Source of the DNA: a virus
Length of the DNA stretch: 64,000 nt
Direction: 5' to 3' (one strand)
IMG/VR virus record: IMGVR_UViG_3300031772_000023
Coordinates: 3,985 to 67,984 of that record
The translations under genes were made by a program, and so were the position numbers. The notes beneath the pieces were generated by a model. It was given only the letters and a program-made list of their open reading frames with translations, was not told the DNA's origin and searched no databases. Position 1 is the first letter of the stretch. Each line of letters begins with the position of its first letter. Of the stretch, positions 19,957 to 30,117 are shown one piece after another.

Positions 19957-20604
19957 GTGAACATAAACGAAGCATATCTTTTTCTTAATTTTATTTCCAA
20001 TAAAAATCAATCTGGAGAAGTTTCGCCATCTGAATTCAATCGAATGGCTACTCAGGCTCAATGGGAATATTTCTCTAAAGAATACGAGAAATGGCAGTTA
20101 ACTCAATCTATTACCGATGCTCTTAGTGTGTTTATAAAATCATTAGCTACAGCAGTATCTACTACTGGAAGATTGCCATATCCATCAGACTACGAACACG
20201 TAATTTCTACACGACATTATTATGTAAAAAACGACAATACAGGAATAGAAGTACCTATAACAGAGGTTGACAATAATGAATATGGAGACTACCTGCAAAG
20301 CGAAATAGTTAATCCAACGCTTAGATTTCCAATATGGACTGCATACTCTGATTATATGCAATTCAAGCCTAATAACGTAGGTCTTATAGCATTTGATTAT
20401 TTTAAAAAGCCTCTTAATCCTGTTTGGAGATTTACAATTATTAATAATAGGCCAGTGTATGATCCTACTACGAGCGTTGATTGGGAATTACCTCCTCAAT
20501 GTCACAACAAATTGGTGTTTATGATGTGTTCTTATTTAGGAATTAATTTAAAAGAGGCGGATTTGGTTCAATATTCAGAGATGCAAAAACAAGAATTAGA
20601 ATAA
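19957..20604 (+). CDS. Tail ring or head-tail adaptor protein
   Basis: NKNQSGEVSPSEFN N-terminus, size and position. Confidence 0.55.
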   Translation: MNINEAYLFLNFISNKNQSGEVSPSEFNRMATQAQWEYFSKEYEKWQLTQSITDALSVFIKSLATAVSTTGRLPYPSDYEHVISTRHYYVKNDNTGIEVPITEVDNNEYGDYLQSEIVNPTLRFPIWTAYSDYMQFKPNNVGLIAFDYFKKPLNPVWRFTIINNRPVYDPTTSVDWELPPQCHNKLVFMMCSYLGINLKEADLVQYSEMQKQELE

Positions 20605-20605
20605 G

Positions 20606-21220
20606 ATGGAACATTATAAAAATTTATCATTAGAAAATATTGAAGGTGAGATTTGGAAGGACATACCTGAATATGAAGGATATTATCAAGCCAGTACTTT
20701 TGGTAGGATAAAAAGATTAAGTGGATATGTAAAATGTTTAGGTAATACACACAAGTCTCATATGGAGAGAATATTGATGCAGTCTTATAATAAAACTGGA
20801 TATTTAAGTATAAGCTTATCTATGCTTGGTATTGCTAAATCAAGAAGAGTAAATAGGTTAATAGCTATTACTTTTATTATAAATCCAGAAAATAAACCAG
20901 CAGTTAATCATGTGAATGGAATAAAAACTGATAATAGAGTTTCTGAATTAGAATGGGTTACTAATTCTGAAAACGAATTACATTCTTTTCGTGTTTTAGG
21001 TAAAAAAAGTCCTATGATAGGAATGAGTGGAAATCTTAGTCCAGTATCTAAGTCAATAATACAAAAATCATTAAACGGTGGTTTTGTAAAAACATGGGAA
21101 TGTATTTCAGTAGCAGCTAGATATTTTAATAAGAAAAATAGCGGACATATTAGAAATGCTTGTGCTGGCATAAAGAAAACTGCTTATGGTTATAAATGGG
21201 AATATAATAAAGTAGCATAA
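20606..21220 (+). CDS. NUMOD4-HNH homing endonuclease
   Basis: EIWKDIPEYEGYYQAS, VNHVNGIKTDNRVSELEWVTNSEN, TAYGYKW. Confidence 0.92.
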   Translation: MEHYKNLSLENIEGEIWKDIPEYEGYYQASTFGRIKRLSGYVKCLGNTHKSHMERILMQSYNKTGYLSISLSMLGIAKSRRVNRLIAITFIINPENKPAVNHVNGIKTDNRVSELEWVTNSENELHSFRVLGKKSPMIGMSGNLSPVSKSIIQKSLNGGFVKTWECISVAARYFNKKNSGHIRNACAGIKKTAYGYKWEYNKVA

Positions 21221-21843
21221 TGCCAACCAAATTAAAACTCGCGCAACAGGCAAGAATGCTTCTCGGTAACCGCCCGAGTTTGCAGGAGATGATACTGGCA
21301 ACAAACCAAGCCTACGCTTATGTAGTTCGTACTAATTGGTGGACAAATAGAAATCAAGGGGAATTAGATTCTATTAATGGTAATTTTATTTACGCTTTTG
21401 ATGATAACGACATTTTACTGGATGTAAAAAAAAATATTTACTATTCTGTTTTGCCGTCTTCTTTTTTAGGCAATATTCCACATGAACAAGGGTTACATCA
21501 TGTTTCGTATATGGAAAGTTTAGACCAACCGTTTATAAGAATAAGTAATGGAATGTCAGCATTATTTCAGGGACTACAATCTTCAAACTTTGATGGGTAT
21601 GAAACATTCTTTGTTGAAAATAATAAGATTTATTTGCCAGATATAGATGTTCATACTGTTTGTACATCAAAACTGTTGATAAAGCTGGTAGTAGCATTAG
21701 AGGGTCTGGATGAACAAGCTGAAATTTCAATTCCTCCAGATTTGCAATATGAAATTGTCAATCTTGCTATAAAAATGTACTCACAAGAACAAAACAAATC
21801 TGTTATTCAATCTGCACCTGTAGAAGCTGGTAAAAAAACCTAA
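21220..21843 (+). CDS. Tail ring or structural protein
   Basis: Position and size in tail module. Confidence 0.45.
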   Translation: MPTKLKLAQQARMLLGNRPSLQEMILATNQAYAYVVRTNWWTNRNQGELDSINGNFIYAFDDNDILLDVKKNIYYSVLPSSFLGNIPHEQGLHHVSYMESLDQPFIRISNGMSALFQGLQSSNFDGYETFFVENNKIYLPDIDVHTVCTSKLLIKLVVALEGLDEQAEISIPPDLQYEIVNLAIKMYSQEQNKSVIQSAPVEAGKKT

Positions 21844-21847
21844 GTAA

Positions 21848-22624
21848 ATGGTACAACATACATTAAATTCAATATGCAGGGAGTGGTTGATCGAGCGTGG
21901 AGAATCGAATATGAACCGTTTAGCTAGAATCTATCAGATTGCCGTTAGTGGATTAAGGGAGTTGAACATGGACTCAGCAGGAGTACCATCAGTTGCTATA
22001 TTAGAAGCAAATGCTAACGACTCTATAAACTTACCAGTTGATTATATTAATTTCACGCGCATAGCTATTGTTGATTTTAATGGCAACCTACAGTCTTTAG
22101 GTCAAAATGATAACATAGCATTGCCAAGGTGGTTTAATTCGTGTGGCGCGCTTGTAAAGCAGCAACCAACGCAAGGGTTAATATCTAATCAATCGCAACC
22201 ATTTTTTAATGGATATGAAGGATATTCGGATAATTATAGAAACGGAGAAGCAGTAGGTAGGATGTTTGGTGTAGGTGGTGGAAATAATGTTTATGGAGAT
22301 TTTAGAATTGATAGACAAAGAGGAACTATAGTATTTGGACATTTATTGACTAATATCAGCCAAGTAGTTTTAGAATACCTCTCAGACTTATCAGTAGTAG
22401 ATGGGAAATACATGGTACATCCATTTGTTATAGAATCAATAAAGAGATGGATAGCATGGAGAGATATTAATGATAATGATAAAAAGGGTCTTGGAGAAAA
22501 ACAGATGTTGGAGCGACAATTTTATAATGCAGAAAAACAATGTAGGAGAAGATTTCAATCTCATACAGTTCAAGATTGGATGCAAGCCCTAAGAACTTCC
22601 AATAAAGCAGCAGTTAAATTCTAA
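21848..22624 (+). CDS. Tail tubular or ring protein
   Basis: LPVDYINF, VVLEYLSD, VHPF segments; directly precedes stabilisation protein. Confidence 0.55.
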   Translation: MVQHTLNSICREWLIERGESNMNRLARIYQIAVSGLRELNMDSAGVPSVAILEANANDSINLPVDYINFTRIAIVDFNGNLQSLGQNDNIALPRWFNSCGALVKQQPTQGLISNQSQPFFNGYEGYSDNYRNGEAVGRMFGVGGGNNVYGDFRIDRQRGTIVFGHLLTNISQVVLEYLSDLSVVDGKYMVHPFVIESIKRWIAWRDINDNDKKGLGEKQMLERQFYNAEKQCRRRFQSHTVQDWMQALRTSNKAAVKF

Positions 22625-22627
22625 TAT

Positions 22628-25600
22628 ATGCCATTAGAGAAGCATATATTTACAACAGGTGTAGATCAAGATTCTGAAGATAGGATGGTTGCCCCTACTT
22701 CATGGCGTTATGCTTTGAATATAAGGTCTATGTCCTCTGATGGGCAAAATGAAGGGTTAATAACTAATGCAAAAGGCAATACATTAGTACAATTTAATCT
22801 TCCAAGTGGAATAAATAAAGTAATAGGTTCTTATGAAGACAAAACACGAGGGAAAGTTTATTATGATGTGTACAATTCGTTTTCTAATCATTCTATTTTA
22901 GAATATACATCATCTACAAATACAATAGTAACAGTAATACAAAGTCCTGTACTTAATTTTGATCCTAATTTTTTAATAACAGGGATTGATATAGTAGAGA
23001 TAGATGAAAATACCCATCTAAAATATTGGACTGACGATAATGAAGAGCCTAAGAAAATAAACATAGAAAAAGGCATATTACATTCTCAAGGTGATTTTAT
23101 TAATGGCTATCCATCACCATTTTTGAATGAATATATCTATAGAATAAAGCGACCAGATTTACATCCACCTGTTACTTCTTATCAAAGTGATCCTACAAGA
23201 AATGTCAATCTTTTAGAAGGACATCTTTATCAATTTGCTACCCAATATGTTTATGATGACCATGAGAGGTCAGCTAAATCACCTATATCAGTACCTCCAT
23301 TAAATACTATTGTATGCGGTGGAACACCAGCCACTAATATTGATAACAATATCAAAATAACTTTTCAGACAGGAACAGGAATTGTTAATAAAATAATTGT
23401 ACTGGCCAGAGATGGTAATTTGGGAGACTTTTTTCAAATAGCATTATTAGATAAATCAATTCTAAACATTCCAAGTAATTCTTCTTATTCATATAATTTC
23501 TATAATGATGAAGTGTATAATTTTATAGATATTAATGAAAGCATAAAGTTATTTGATAATATACCACTAAAAGCAAAAGCAGAAGAATTAGTGGATGGTG
23601 TTAGGGGAGTATTTGGAAATATTTTAGAAGGAGAAGATAATGTAGATATAAATGCGAAGTTGTCTTTAACTATTTTAGGAGACCCATCCCCATCTACTTT
23701 ATTTGGATGGAGTGGTAAAATAAACATAGGAAATTTATTTGTAAATACTGCGGCTTATCAATGGCAACAACCAATACATTCACTTGATGGAAATGAAGCT
23801 AATGCGGTATTCGGTGGTTTTGGGCCATCTGATATTGTTAATACTGTTGGAACTGGATTTGCTCAAACGATTCCATTAGGAGGATGGGTAGTTTATTTAG
23901 TCGGAACACCATATTATACTATATCACAACAGACAAGTCCATCTAATGTTACATTTTGTGGAACAACTACTATATTTAATAGTGATACAGGAGGAAATAA
24001 AAGATCAGCTATACGTAATGCTATAGAATCATCAAGTCAAGATCAGGTATATAGTTTTTATGTATTTACTGGTGTTCCTCCGGGTAAATATATAATGAGA
24101 ATTGCTTCTCATTTGACAACACAAGCAGAGTTAGGTTCTGGGAATATAGATTGGCAAAGGTCTAGTACGAATACTCTTCTTGTTGGCGAATGGAATAATC
24201 ACGAATGTCCAGTTGAAGTAACAACAAATGGAACTATTATAGCAGGTAATGTAACTACTACTAATGGTGGAGAGATAGGAAGATCACTAATAGTTGACTT
24301 AACAAACCCTAAATTAATATCAACTTATACTAAAGCATCAGCAATAACAGGATATGTAACAGATAAAGACATTAGTCCTATTAGTCCGGGAACTGTATCA
24401 TATTTAGCAGATACTAGAATAGAGTTAGCTAAAACAAATTTTAAATCATCAGGCCCTACGGGGTGGTCATTAAGTAGTAGCTGGAATGATATTATGGGTG
24501 TTTCTGGTTTTAATCAAGGCATAGCAATTAATATTCCTGTATTTGATTTTACAAATCATTGGACGTATTCAGATCATAATGGTTATATATACTTTAGCGC
24601 AGCGGCTGATAATTTTCATTTAGTTATACAAGATACTATTAGTGGAATATATGGATTAGATACTAATGATTTTAAATATGATGATCCTCCGACTGCTTTT
24701 ATAAATCCTCCTCCAAATGGTATGACTATGGGAATATTTAGAAGTGCTGATTCATCAGGTAATGTAGAAGCATATTCAAGAACATTATTTAATGGTAATG
24801 TACAATATAATGGAGTTGGGGTGTCTGGTATTTCAATTACAACAACTCAGGGTGGTAGTGCAAAAACAATTATAAATGGGCAGTTTGAATTACCAGTATA
24901 TGTAGACACAAGAAGAAGTGGTTATTTATCAAGGGAGGGGACAGTTTTTTATAATGTTTCAGATAATTGTATCGCTACATTCTCTCCATCATCGGATTAT
25001 TACAGTATAAGTATATTAACTCCATCATCTCCACAATCTGTATTTGTAAGTCCCTATAATGGTACTTATGATTACATTAATAACACATTATTACTTCAAA
25101 CGTGCAATATATTAGTTATACTAGGTGCTGGATCAACAGCTTCGTTTAAAAGAGGTAGTATAGAACAATTTGGAATAGTTTATTACGATCATGGTAATAG
25201 AAGTGGTCTTACTAATACAAATGATAATAATTATAATACTCTTAATCAAAAAGGGTTAAATGGAAGTAAATTAATTATACCTTTTTTTACTGAAATAGAC
25301 CCAAATACATCTGCTATTTATGGTGGAGCGCAACCAGTTATTTCATGGGAAATATTTAATCAACCCCCAATATGGGCTACACATTATCAATGGGTAAGGA
25401 CACTTAATAGTGTACCAAATAGATATTTACAATTTACGGCAAAAGATGTTCAATATACAGATAATTCTAGGGCAGTTGTTACTTATACTCAGGCTACCTT
25501 AATTGCTATAAATATGCAAAATATAGCAAATTATGCTAATTTGCATGGAGACTCTGTTCTGAATTTTGGCTCAACTGCAACTGCTATAACATATTTACCA

Positions 25601-27172
25601 GCCGTAGGAGATAGAATAAGATTTATAAAAGATGTTAATGGTATATTTTTTAATAAATATGTTGATTTAAAAATAGTATTTGTTGATCCTGCTGGGATAG
25701 CTTATGTTGACAATGATTTTACACTTGGCGTGATTCACTCAGGATGCTTATTTGAAATATATACTCCTAAATTAAAATCTCCAACGCAAATTTATTATGA
25801 AATAGGAGAGTGTTATGATATTGGAGACGCTGGACTGAGTACCAGATATCATAAAGGTCAGACAGGAGATCAAAGTTCTGTATTTGTTGCTAATCCTTTT
25901 GGTCAATTAGTGTCAACCGTACCAGCAATAGGAACATTTTCAAGTGGAGATACTTATTGGAGATTACGTAATATTCCTTATGGAATAACATCACCTCCTG
26001 ATCCGCTTCAATGCGCTCATATAAAATCGTGGTATATAGAGGATTCTAATTTTAGTGATTTTTACAAAAGTCAAGTTCAAAATATAGGTAGGCCAAACAA
26101 GGTAGATCGGGATTTTAAACAAATTAGAAGAAAGAGTACTATTTATTATACAGAAAAATTTATTCCAGAGACTCAAATAAATGGATTAAGTTCTGTTTAT
26201 GATACTAGTTTCAAAACGTACGAATCAAGATATGGAGGAATTCAGAAATTATTTAATTACAATCTAAGATTAGATTGCTATCAAGAATTAAAAGTTGGCA
26301 CTATTCCTATTAATCAGATACAAATGCAAAGTACCGCTCCACAAGGAGCTGATGTTGTCGGAACAACCTCTAATGTTCTTAATCCGATTCAGTATTATCA
26401 AGGTGAATTTGGCATTGGCTTAAATCCGGAAAGTTTTGCTAACTACGCCAATTCTTGTTACTTTTTTGACTTAAAAAGAGGAGCAGTTTTAAGGAAGTCA
26501 AATGATGGAATATTTGCAATAAGTAACTATAAGAAAAATGATTATTTTACAGAATTATCCAATACAATCTTATCTAATGGTATTAGGCCAAATGTTTATG
26601 GAGTCTATGATTTTAGAATAGGAGAGTATATTATGGCATTTGAAACAAATTCAAACATCCCTGATGTTACGCTTTCATTTAGCGAAGACAAAAACTCGTG
26701 GAGTACTGATTACGACTACCTCCCAGAAGGGCTTTGTACTAATGGAGTTGATTTTGTTGCTTTTAAGGATGGTAATTTATACCTAGATAATAACAATCCT
26801 GTCCATAATAACTTTTTTGGAGTTCAATATAATTCAGAAGTCTGGGTGGTAATTAATGGAGAACCTAGCAAGAATAAGGTATTGGCAGCAATAAGCTTAG
26901 AGTCTACTGATGTATGGGAGGCGTATGAGATATTAACTCCTAATGGTCAAAAATCAAATCTTATAGTTTCAGATTTTGCTATGAAACAAAATATGTGGTA
27001 TGCGGCAGTTAAGAGGGATGAAAACACTCCTAATGTAATAAATCCTCTTATAGAAGGAGATGTATTGGTAGATACGACATTTTTAATAAAATTAAGGAAC
27101 ACATCAACATCGTTAGTTAAGTTATTTGCTGTTAATGCTTATTGGCAAGCACAGGAGAGAAGCAATAAATGA
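22628..27172 (+). CDS. Tail stabilisation (muzzle) protein with large insertion
   Basis: 1514 aa; YALNIR N-terminus and GIGLNPESFA...YFFD C-terminal region. Confidence 0.7.
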   Translation: MPLEKHIFTTGVDQDSEDRMVAPTSWRYALNIRSMSSDGQNEGLITNAKGNTLVQFNLPSGINKVIGSYEDKTRGKVYYDVYNSFSNHSILEYTSSTNTIVTVIQSPVLNFDPNFLITGIDIVEIDENTHLKYWTDDNEEPKKINIEKGILHSQGDFINGYPSPFLNEYIYRIKRPDLHPPVTSYQSDPTRNVNLLEGHLYQFATQYVYDDHERSAKSPISVPPLNTIVCGGTPATNIDNNIKITFQTGTGIVNKIIVLARDGNLGDFFQIALLDKSILNIPSNSSYSYNFYNDEVYNFIDINESIKLFDNIPLKAKAEELVDGVRGVFGNILEGEDNVDINAKLSLTILGDPSPSTLFGWSGKINIGNLFVNTAAYQWQQPIHSLDGNEANAVFGGFGPSDIVNTVGTGFAQTIPLGGWVVYLVGTPYYTISQQTSPSNVTFCGTTTIFNSDTGGNKRSAIRNAIESSSQDQVYSFYVFTGVPPGKYIMRIASHLTTQAELGSGNIDWQRSSTNTLLVGEWNNHECPVEVTTNGTIIAGNVTTTNGGEIGRSLIVDLTNPKLISTYTKASAITGYVTDKDISPISPGTVSYLADTRIELAKTNFKSSGPTGWSLSSSWNDIMGVSGFNQGIAINIPVFDFTNHWTYSDHNGYIYFSAAADNFHLVIQDTISGIYGLDTNDFKYDDPPTAFINPPPNGMTMGIFRSADSSGNVEAYSRTLFNGNVQYNGVGVSGISITTTQGGSAKTIINGQFELPVYVDTRRSGYLSREGTVFYNVSDNCIATFSPSSDYYSISILTPSSPQSVFVSPYNGTYDYINNTLLLQTCNILVILGAGSTASFKRGSIEQFGIVYYDHGNRSGLTNTNDNNYNTLNQKGLNGSKLIIPFFTEIDPNTSAIYGGAQPVISWEIFNQPPIWATHYQWVRTLNSVPNRYLQFTAKDVQYTDNSRAVVTYTQATLIAINMQNIANYANLHGDSVLNFGSTATAITYLPAVGDRIRFIKDVNGIFFNKYVDLKIVFVDPAGIAYVDNDFTLGVIHSGCLFEIYTPKLKSPTQIYYEIGECYDIGDAGLSTRYHKGQTGDQSSVFVANPFGQLVSTVPAIGTFSSGDTYWRLRNIPYGITSPPDPLQCAHIKSWYIEDSNFSDFYKSQVQNIGRPNKVDRDFKQIRRKSTIYYTEKFIPETQINGLSSVYDTSFKTYESRYGGIQKLFNYNLRLDCYQELKVGTIPINQIQMQSTAPQGADVVGTTSNVLNPIQYYQGEFGIGLNPESFANYANSCYFFDLKRGAVLRKSNDGIFAISNYKKNDYFTELSNTILSNGIRPNVYGVYDFRIGEYIMAFETNSNIPDVTLSFSEDKNSWSTDYDYLPEGLCTNGVDFVAFKDGNLYLDNNNPVHNNFFGVQYNSEVWVVINGEPSKNKVLAAISLESTDVWEAYEILTPNGQKSNLIVSDFAMKQNMWYAAVKRDENTPNVINPLIEGDVLVDTTFLIKLRNTSTSLVKLFAVNAYWQAQERSNK

Positions 27173-27195
27173 AATAAATAATGTATTTTTGTAAA

Positions 27196-27507
27196 ATGAT
27201 AAATTTCATCATATTTTTATTTGCAACATCTGGATTTGTTTTTATTCTAAATAAATCTAGTTTGTTTAAGCCTATTAGAGAATTTATAACAAAAAAACAT
27301 TATGAAAAACAAAGCAAAAATAAGATTTTAGGATTTTTGCACGATTTATTTTCTTGTTCTTTATGTATGGGATTTTGGGTATCAATTCCTATATTTTTAA
27401 TTATTTATTCTGAAGATAGCCTTAAAATAATGTTCCCATTAATGTTATCGGGGTCTATGGTATCATATTTAATCTCTTCGATAATAGAAATGATTAATAG
27501 AAAATGA
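27196..27507 (+). CDS. Membrane protein (DUF1360-like)
   Basis: Three hydrophobic segments, LFSCSLCMGFW. Confidence 0.55.
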   Translation: MINFIIFLFATSGFVFILNKSSLFKPIREFITKKHYEKQSKNKILGFLHDLFSCSLCMGFWVSIPIFLIIYSEDSLKIMFPLMLSGSMVSYLISSIIEMINRK

Positions 27508-28046
27508 TTATAGTAGAAGATAAAAAAAAGCAAATAAATGAAGTTGAAAGAAAAAACTTCAGGATTAATATTTATGCTTTAGAAAAGAAAATAATGGAAC
27601 AAGCTGATGCTATGATTGGGGATTCTGATATTACACCATTAAAGCATATTTTTACAGATGGCATTTATACGAGACAAATATTTATCCCAAAAGGAAAGGT
27701 GCTAACAGGAAAAATTCACCTACATGAACATCCGAATATGCTTATGGCTGGTAAAGTATTGGTGGCAACTGAAGATGGAGGTAGGGAAATATTAGAAGCT
27801 CCTGTATTAATGGCATCTCCATCTGGAACAAAAAGAATGGTATATGCTATTGAAGATTGCATTTGGATAACAGTTCATGCTAATCCAACTAATACAACTG
27901 ATCTTAAGGAACTTGAAGAAATTATAATAGCCCCGTCTTATAATTCCTATGAAAATTATATGATTGAAAATAAGGATTCTTTTAAGAAGAAAATAATGAT
28001 TGACGAGAAATCGGTATTTATGACCAATAATATACAAAACACATGA
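27504..28046 (+). CDS. Cupin-like phage protein
   Basis: HIFTDGIYTRQIFIPKG..LTGKIH...WITVHANP. Confidence 0.6.
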   Translation: MIIVEDKKKQINEVERKNFRINIYALEKKIMEQADAMIGDSDITPLKHIFTDGIYTRQIFIPKGKVLTGKIHLHEHPNMLMAGKVLVATEDGGREILEAPVLMASPSGTKRMVYAIEDCIWITVHANPTNTTDLKELEEIIIAPSYNSYENYMIENKDSFKKKIMIDEKSVFMTNNIQNT

Positions 28047-28756
28047 CTTGGGTAGCAGCAGTATCAGCATCTGTAGCAGGGACAGCAGGGGCAATACAAT
28101 ATTATAAAGGACAAAAATTAGCCAAGGCTAATAAACGTCCTAAATATGAAGTACCACAAGGTATAAAAGATAATTTATCTCAAGCACAACAAATGGCTCT
28201 TGAGGGATTACCTCCTGAACAAAAACAACAATATGTAGAAAACGTACAGAGACAGGAAAATGCTGGACTTAATGCTCTTGGAGATAGAAGTGCTGGATTA
28301 GCTGGAATAGCTACTTTGACACAACAAGGAAATGATGCTAATAAGAATTTATTGTCTATGGATTCTCAGGCTAGACAAACTAATCTAAATAACTTAATGG
28401 GGGCTAGATCAGAAGAGGCCGGATATTCAGATAAGCAGTTTCAATTAAATAAATTATTACCATTTCAACAAACAGCAGCTGCCGCAGAAGCATTGAAAGG
28501 AGCAGGATTACAAAATATTGCTGGTGGTATGAAATCAGCAGGACAAGCTATAGGAAATGCTAAAATGGCAAAAAGTAATGAATCTTCTAGTTCTTCTGTT
28601 GCTCAAGGGCAAGGACTTAGTGCTAGTAATGCACAACAAACTCAGGGATTTGGTAATGCGCCACAAAGAACAGATACACTTAATCAATATCAAATAGCAA
28701 AATTATCTAATCCAAATTTAAGCTATCTTGATTTTATTAAATCTCAAGGAGGATAA
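28043..28756 (+). CDS. Putative ejection (internal virion) protein
   Basis: A/G/Q-rich with hydrophobic AG N-terminus. Confidence 0.5.
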   Translation: MTWVAAVSASVAGTAGAIQYYKGQKLAKANKRPKYEVPQGIKDNLSQAQQMALEGLPPEQKQQYVENVQRQENAGLNALGDRSAGLAGIATLTQQGNDANKNLLSMDSQARQTNLNNLMGARSEEAGYSDKQFQLNKLLPFQQTAAAAEALKGAGLQNIAGGMKSAGQAIGNAKMAKSNESSSSSVAQGQGLSASNAQQTQGFGNAPQRTDTLNQYQIAKLSNPNLSYLDFIKSQGG

Positions 28757-30117
28757 TGGCAACAGATGCTTTAAATATTTCAACTGGTATAGGACAAGGG
28801 GATGCTCAGGTATTTGATCTGTATGATCCAAGAAATGCCGAAAGAATAGCAGCTGCTAATGAGGATAAGAGAAATAAAGAAAATAAAAATATTGGACAAG
28901 TTTATGATGAGTTAGATAAAATAAAGACATCAGGAATTTTTTATAAACATCAACCAATATTTGCTGAAAAACAAAAAGAATTGTATGATTATGCGAAATC
29001 AAATATTAAAGCATTAAAAAGTGGTGATGCTAAAGCAACAATAGATTTCAGAGAAAAGATAAATAAATTAGGTAATGATATAGCTATGTCAAAAGGAGTA
29101 GCAGATAGCTATGGAGATGTAGCTAAAGAATATATTCGAAATCTATATAAATATCGTCCTGAAGTAAAAGATAAATTGAAGGATTTTCAGGGATATGACA
29201 TAAAGACGGATCAGTTTGAAAATGTTGATCCTTCTATAATGAAACAACATACTGATTTATCAAAAAATTTCAATGAAACAATTCTTCCAAATTTAAAACA
29301 ATCAATTCAAGAAGGTCAAAAAGCATTTAATATTGGTAATAAAGGACAAATAAGAACAGATGAATTTAAAAAACTTCCAGAAACAATCATAAGAAACAAA
29401 ATTGATACATGGATTTCTGACCCAGTAATACACGAACAAGCTTATACTAATTATAAGCAAAATAATCCTGACAAAGAGCCTAGTCTTGATGATTTAAAGG
29501 ATGACTTATATAAAAAATATGGAGAATCTTATGTTAAAGATGAGCATAAAATAGGACTTACTCAAGGATTTAATCCTAAAGAAGGTAAGGATGAAACTAA
29601 TAACTATACCATTACACCTATTGATAAAAAAGTTACTCTTAATGATAAGACCCAAGAAGAAGACCCAACTTATACTCCTGTTGAAACTAATGTAAAGTCG
29701 TGGGAATTAAAGCAAAATATACCTATTCAAAAGGAAATATCTGAAGTATATAATCCACAAACCTTTGAAAAGGAAACTCCGGTCGGAAGTCAGAAGTTTT
29801 CAATGTCGAGCATTGTCGAGCATGTAATTGATAAAAAAACAGGACAACCAGTAATGGTTTACGATCAAAATGTTATTGATAAGCATCCTGAGTTGTATGA
29901 GAAAAAGAAATTCGCAAGTGGAGTTATGGGAACTGGTAAAGAAGCTCATCCGGTATACATTCCATTTGATGTTGTGCAGCCAACTCTAAAGGAGAGAAAA
30001 ATTAATCTCAATGGTGTAGATGAGTTAAATAAAACACCAAAAACAATTACATCAAAATCTAAAAGTGGTAAAGATATATTTTCAGAAGATGGTGGTAAAA
30101 CATGGCAATATAAATAA
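28756..30117 (+). CDS. Putative ejection (internal virion) protein
   Basis: Translationally coupled within a three-gene block. Confidence 0.45.
   Translation: MATDALNISTGIGQGDAQVFDLYDPRNAERIAAANEDKRNKENKNIGQVYDELDKIKTSGIFYKHQPIFAEKQKELYDYAKSNIKALKSGDAKATIDFREKINKLGNDIAMSKGVADSYGDVAKEYIRNLYKYRPEVKDKLKDFQGYDIKTDQFENVDPSIMKQHTDLSKNFNETILPNLKQSIQEGQKAFNIGNKGQIRTDEFKKLPETIIRNKIDTWISDPVIHEQAYTNYKQNNPDKEPSLDDLKDDLYKKYGESYVKDEHKIGLTQGFNPKEGKDETNNYTITPIDKKVTLNDKTQEEDPTYTPVETNVKSWELKQNIPIQKEISEVYNPQTFEKETPVGSQKFSMSSIVEHVIDKKTGQPVMVYDQNVIDKHPELYEKKKFASGVMGTGKEAHPVYIPFDVVQPTLKERKINLNGVDELNKTPKTITSKSKSGKDIFSEDGGKTWQYK

Noticed and set aside
20606-21220. HNH gene as part of a group I intron
   Set aside because: It abuts intact genes on both sides with no room for intron structure, so it is a free-standing homing endonuclease.
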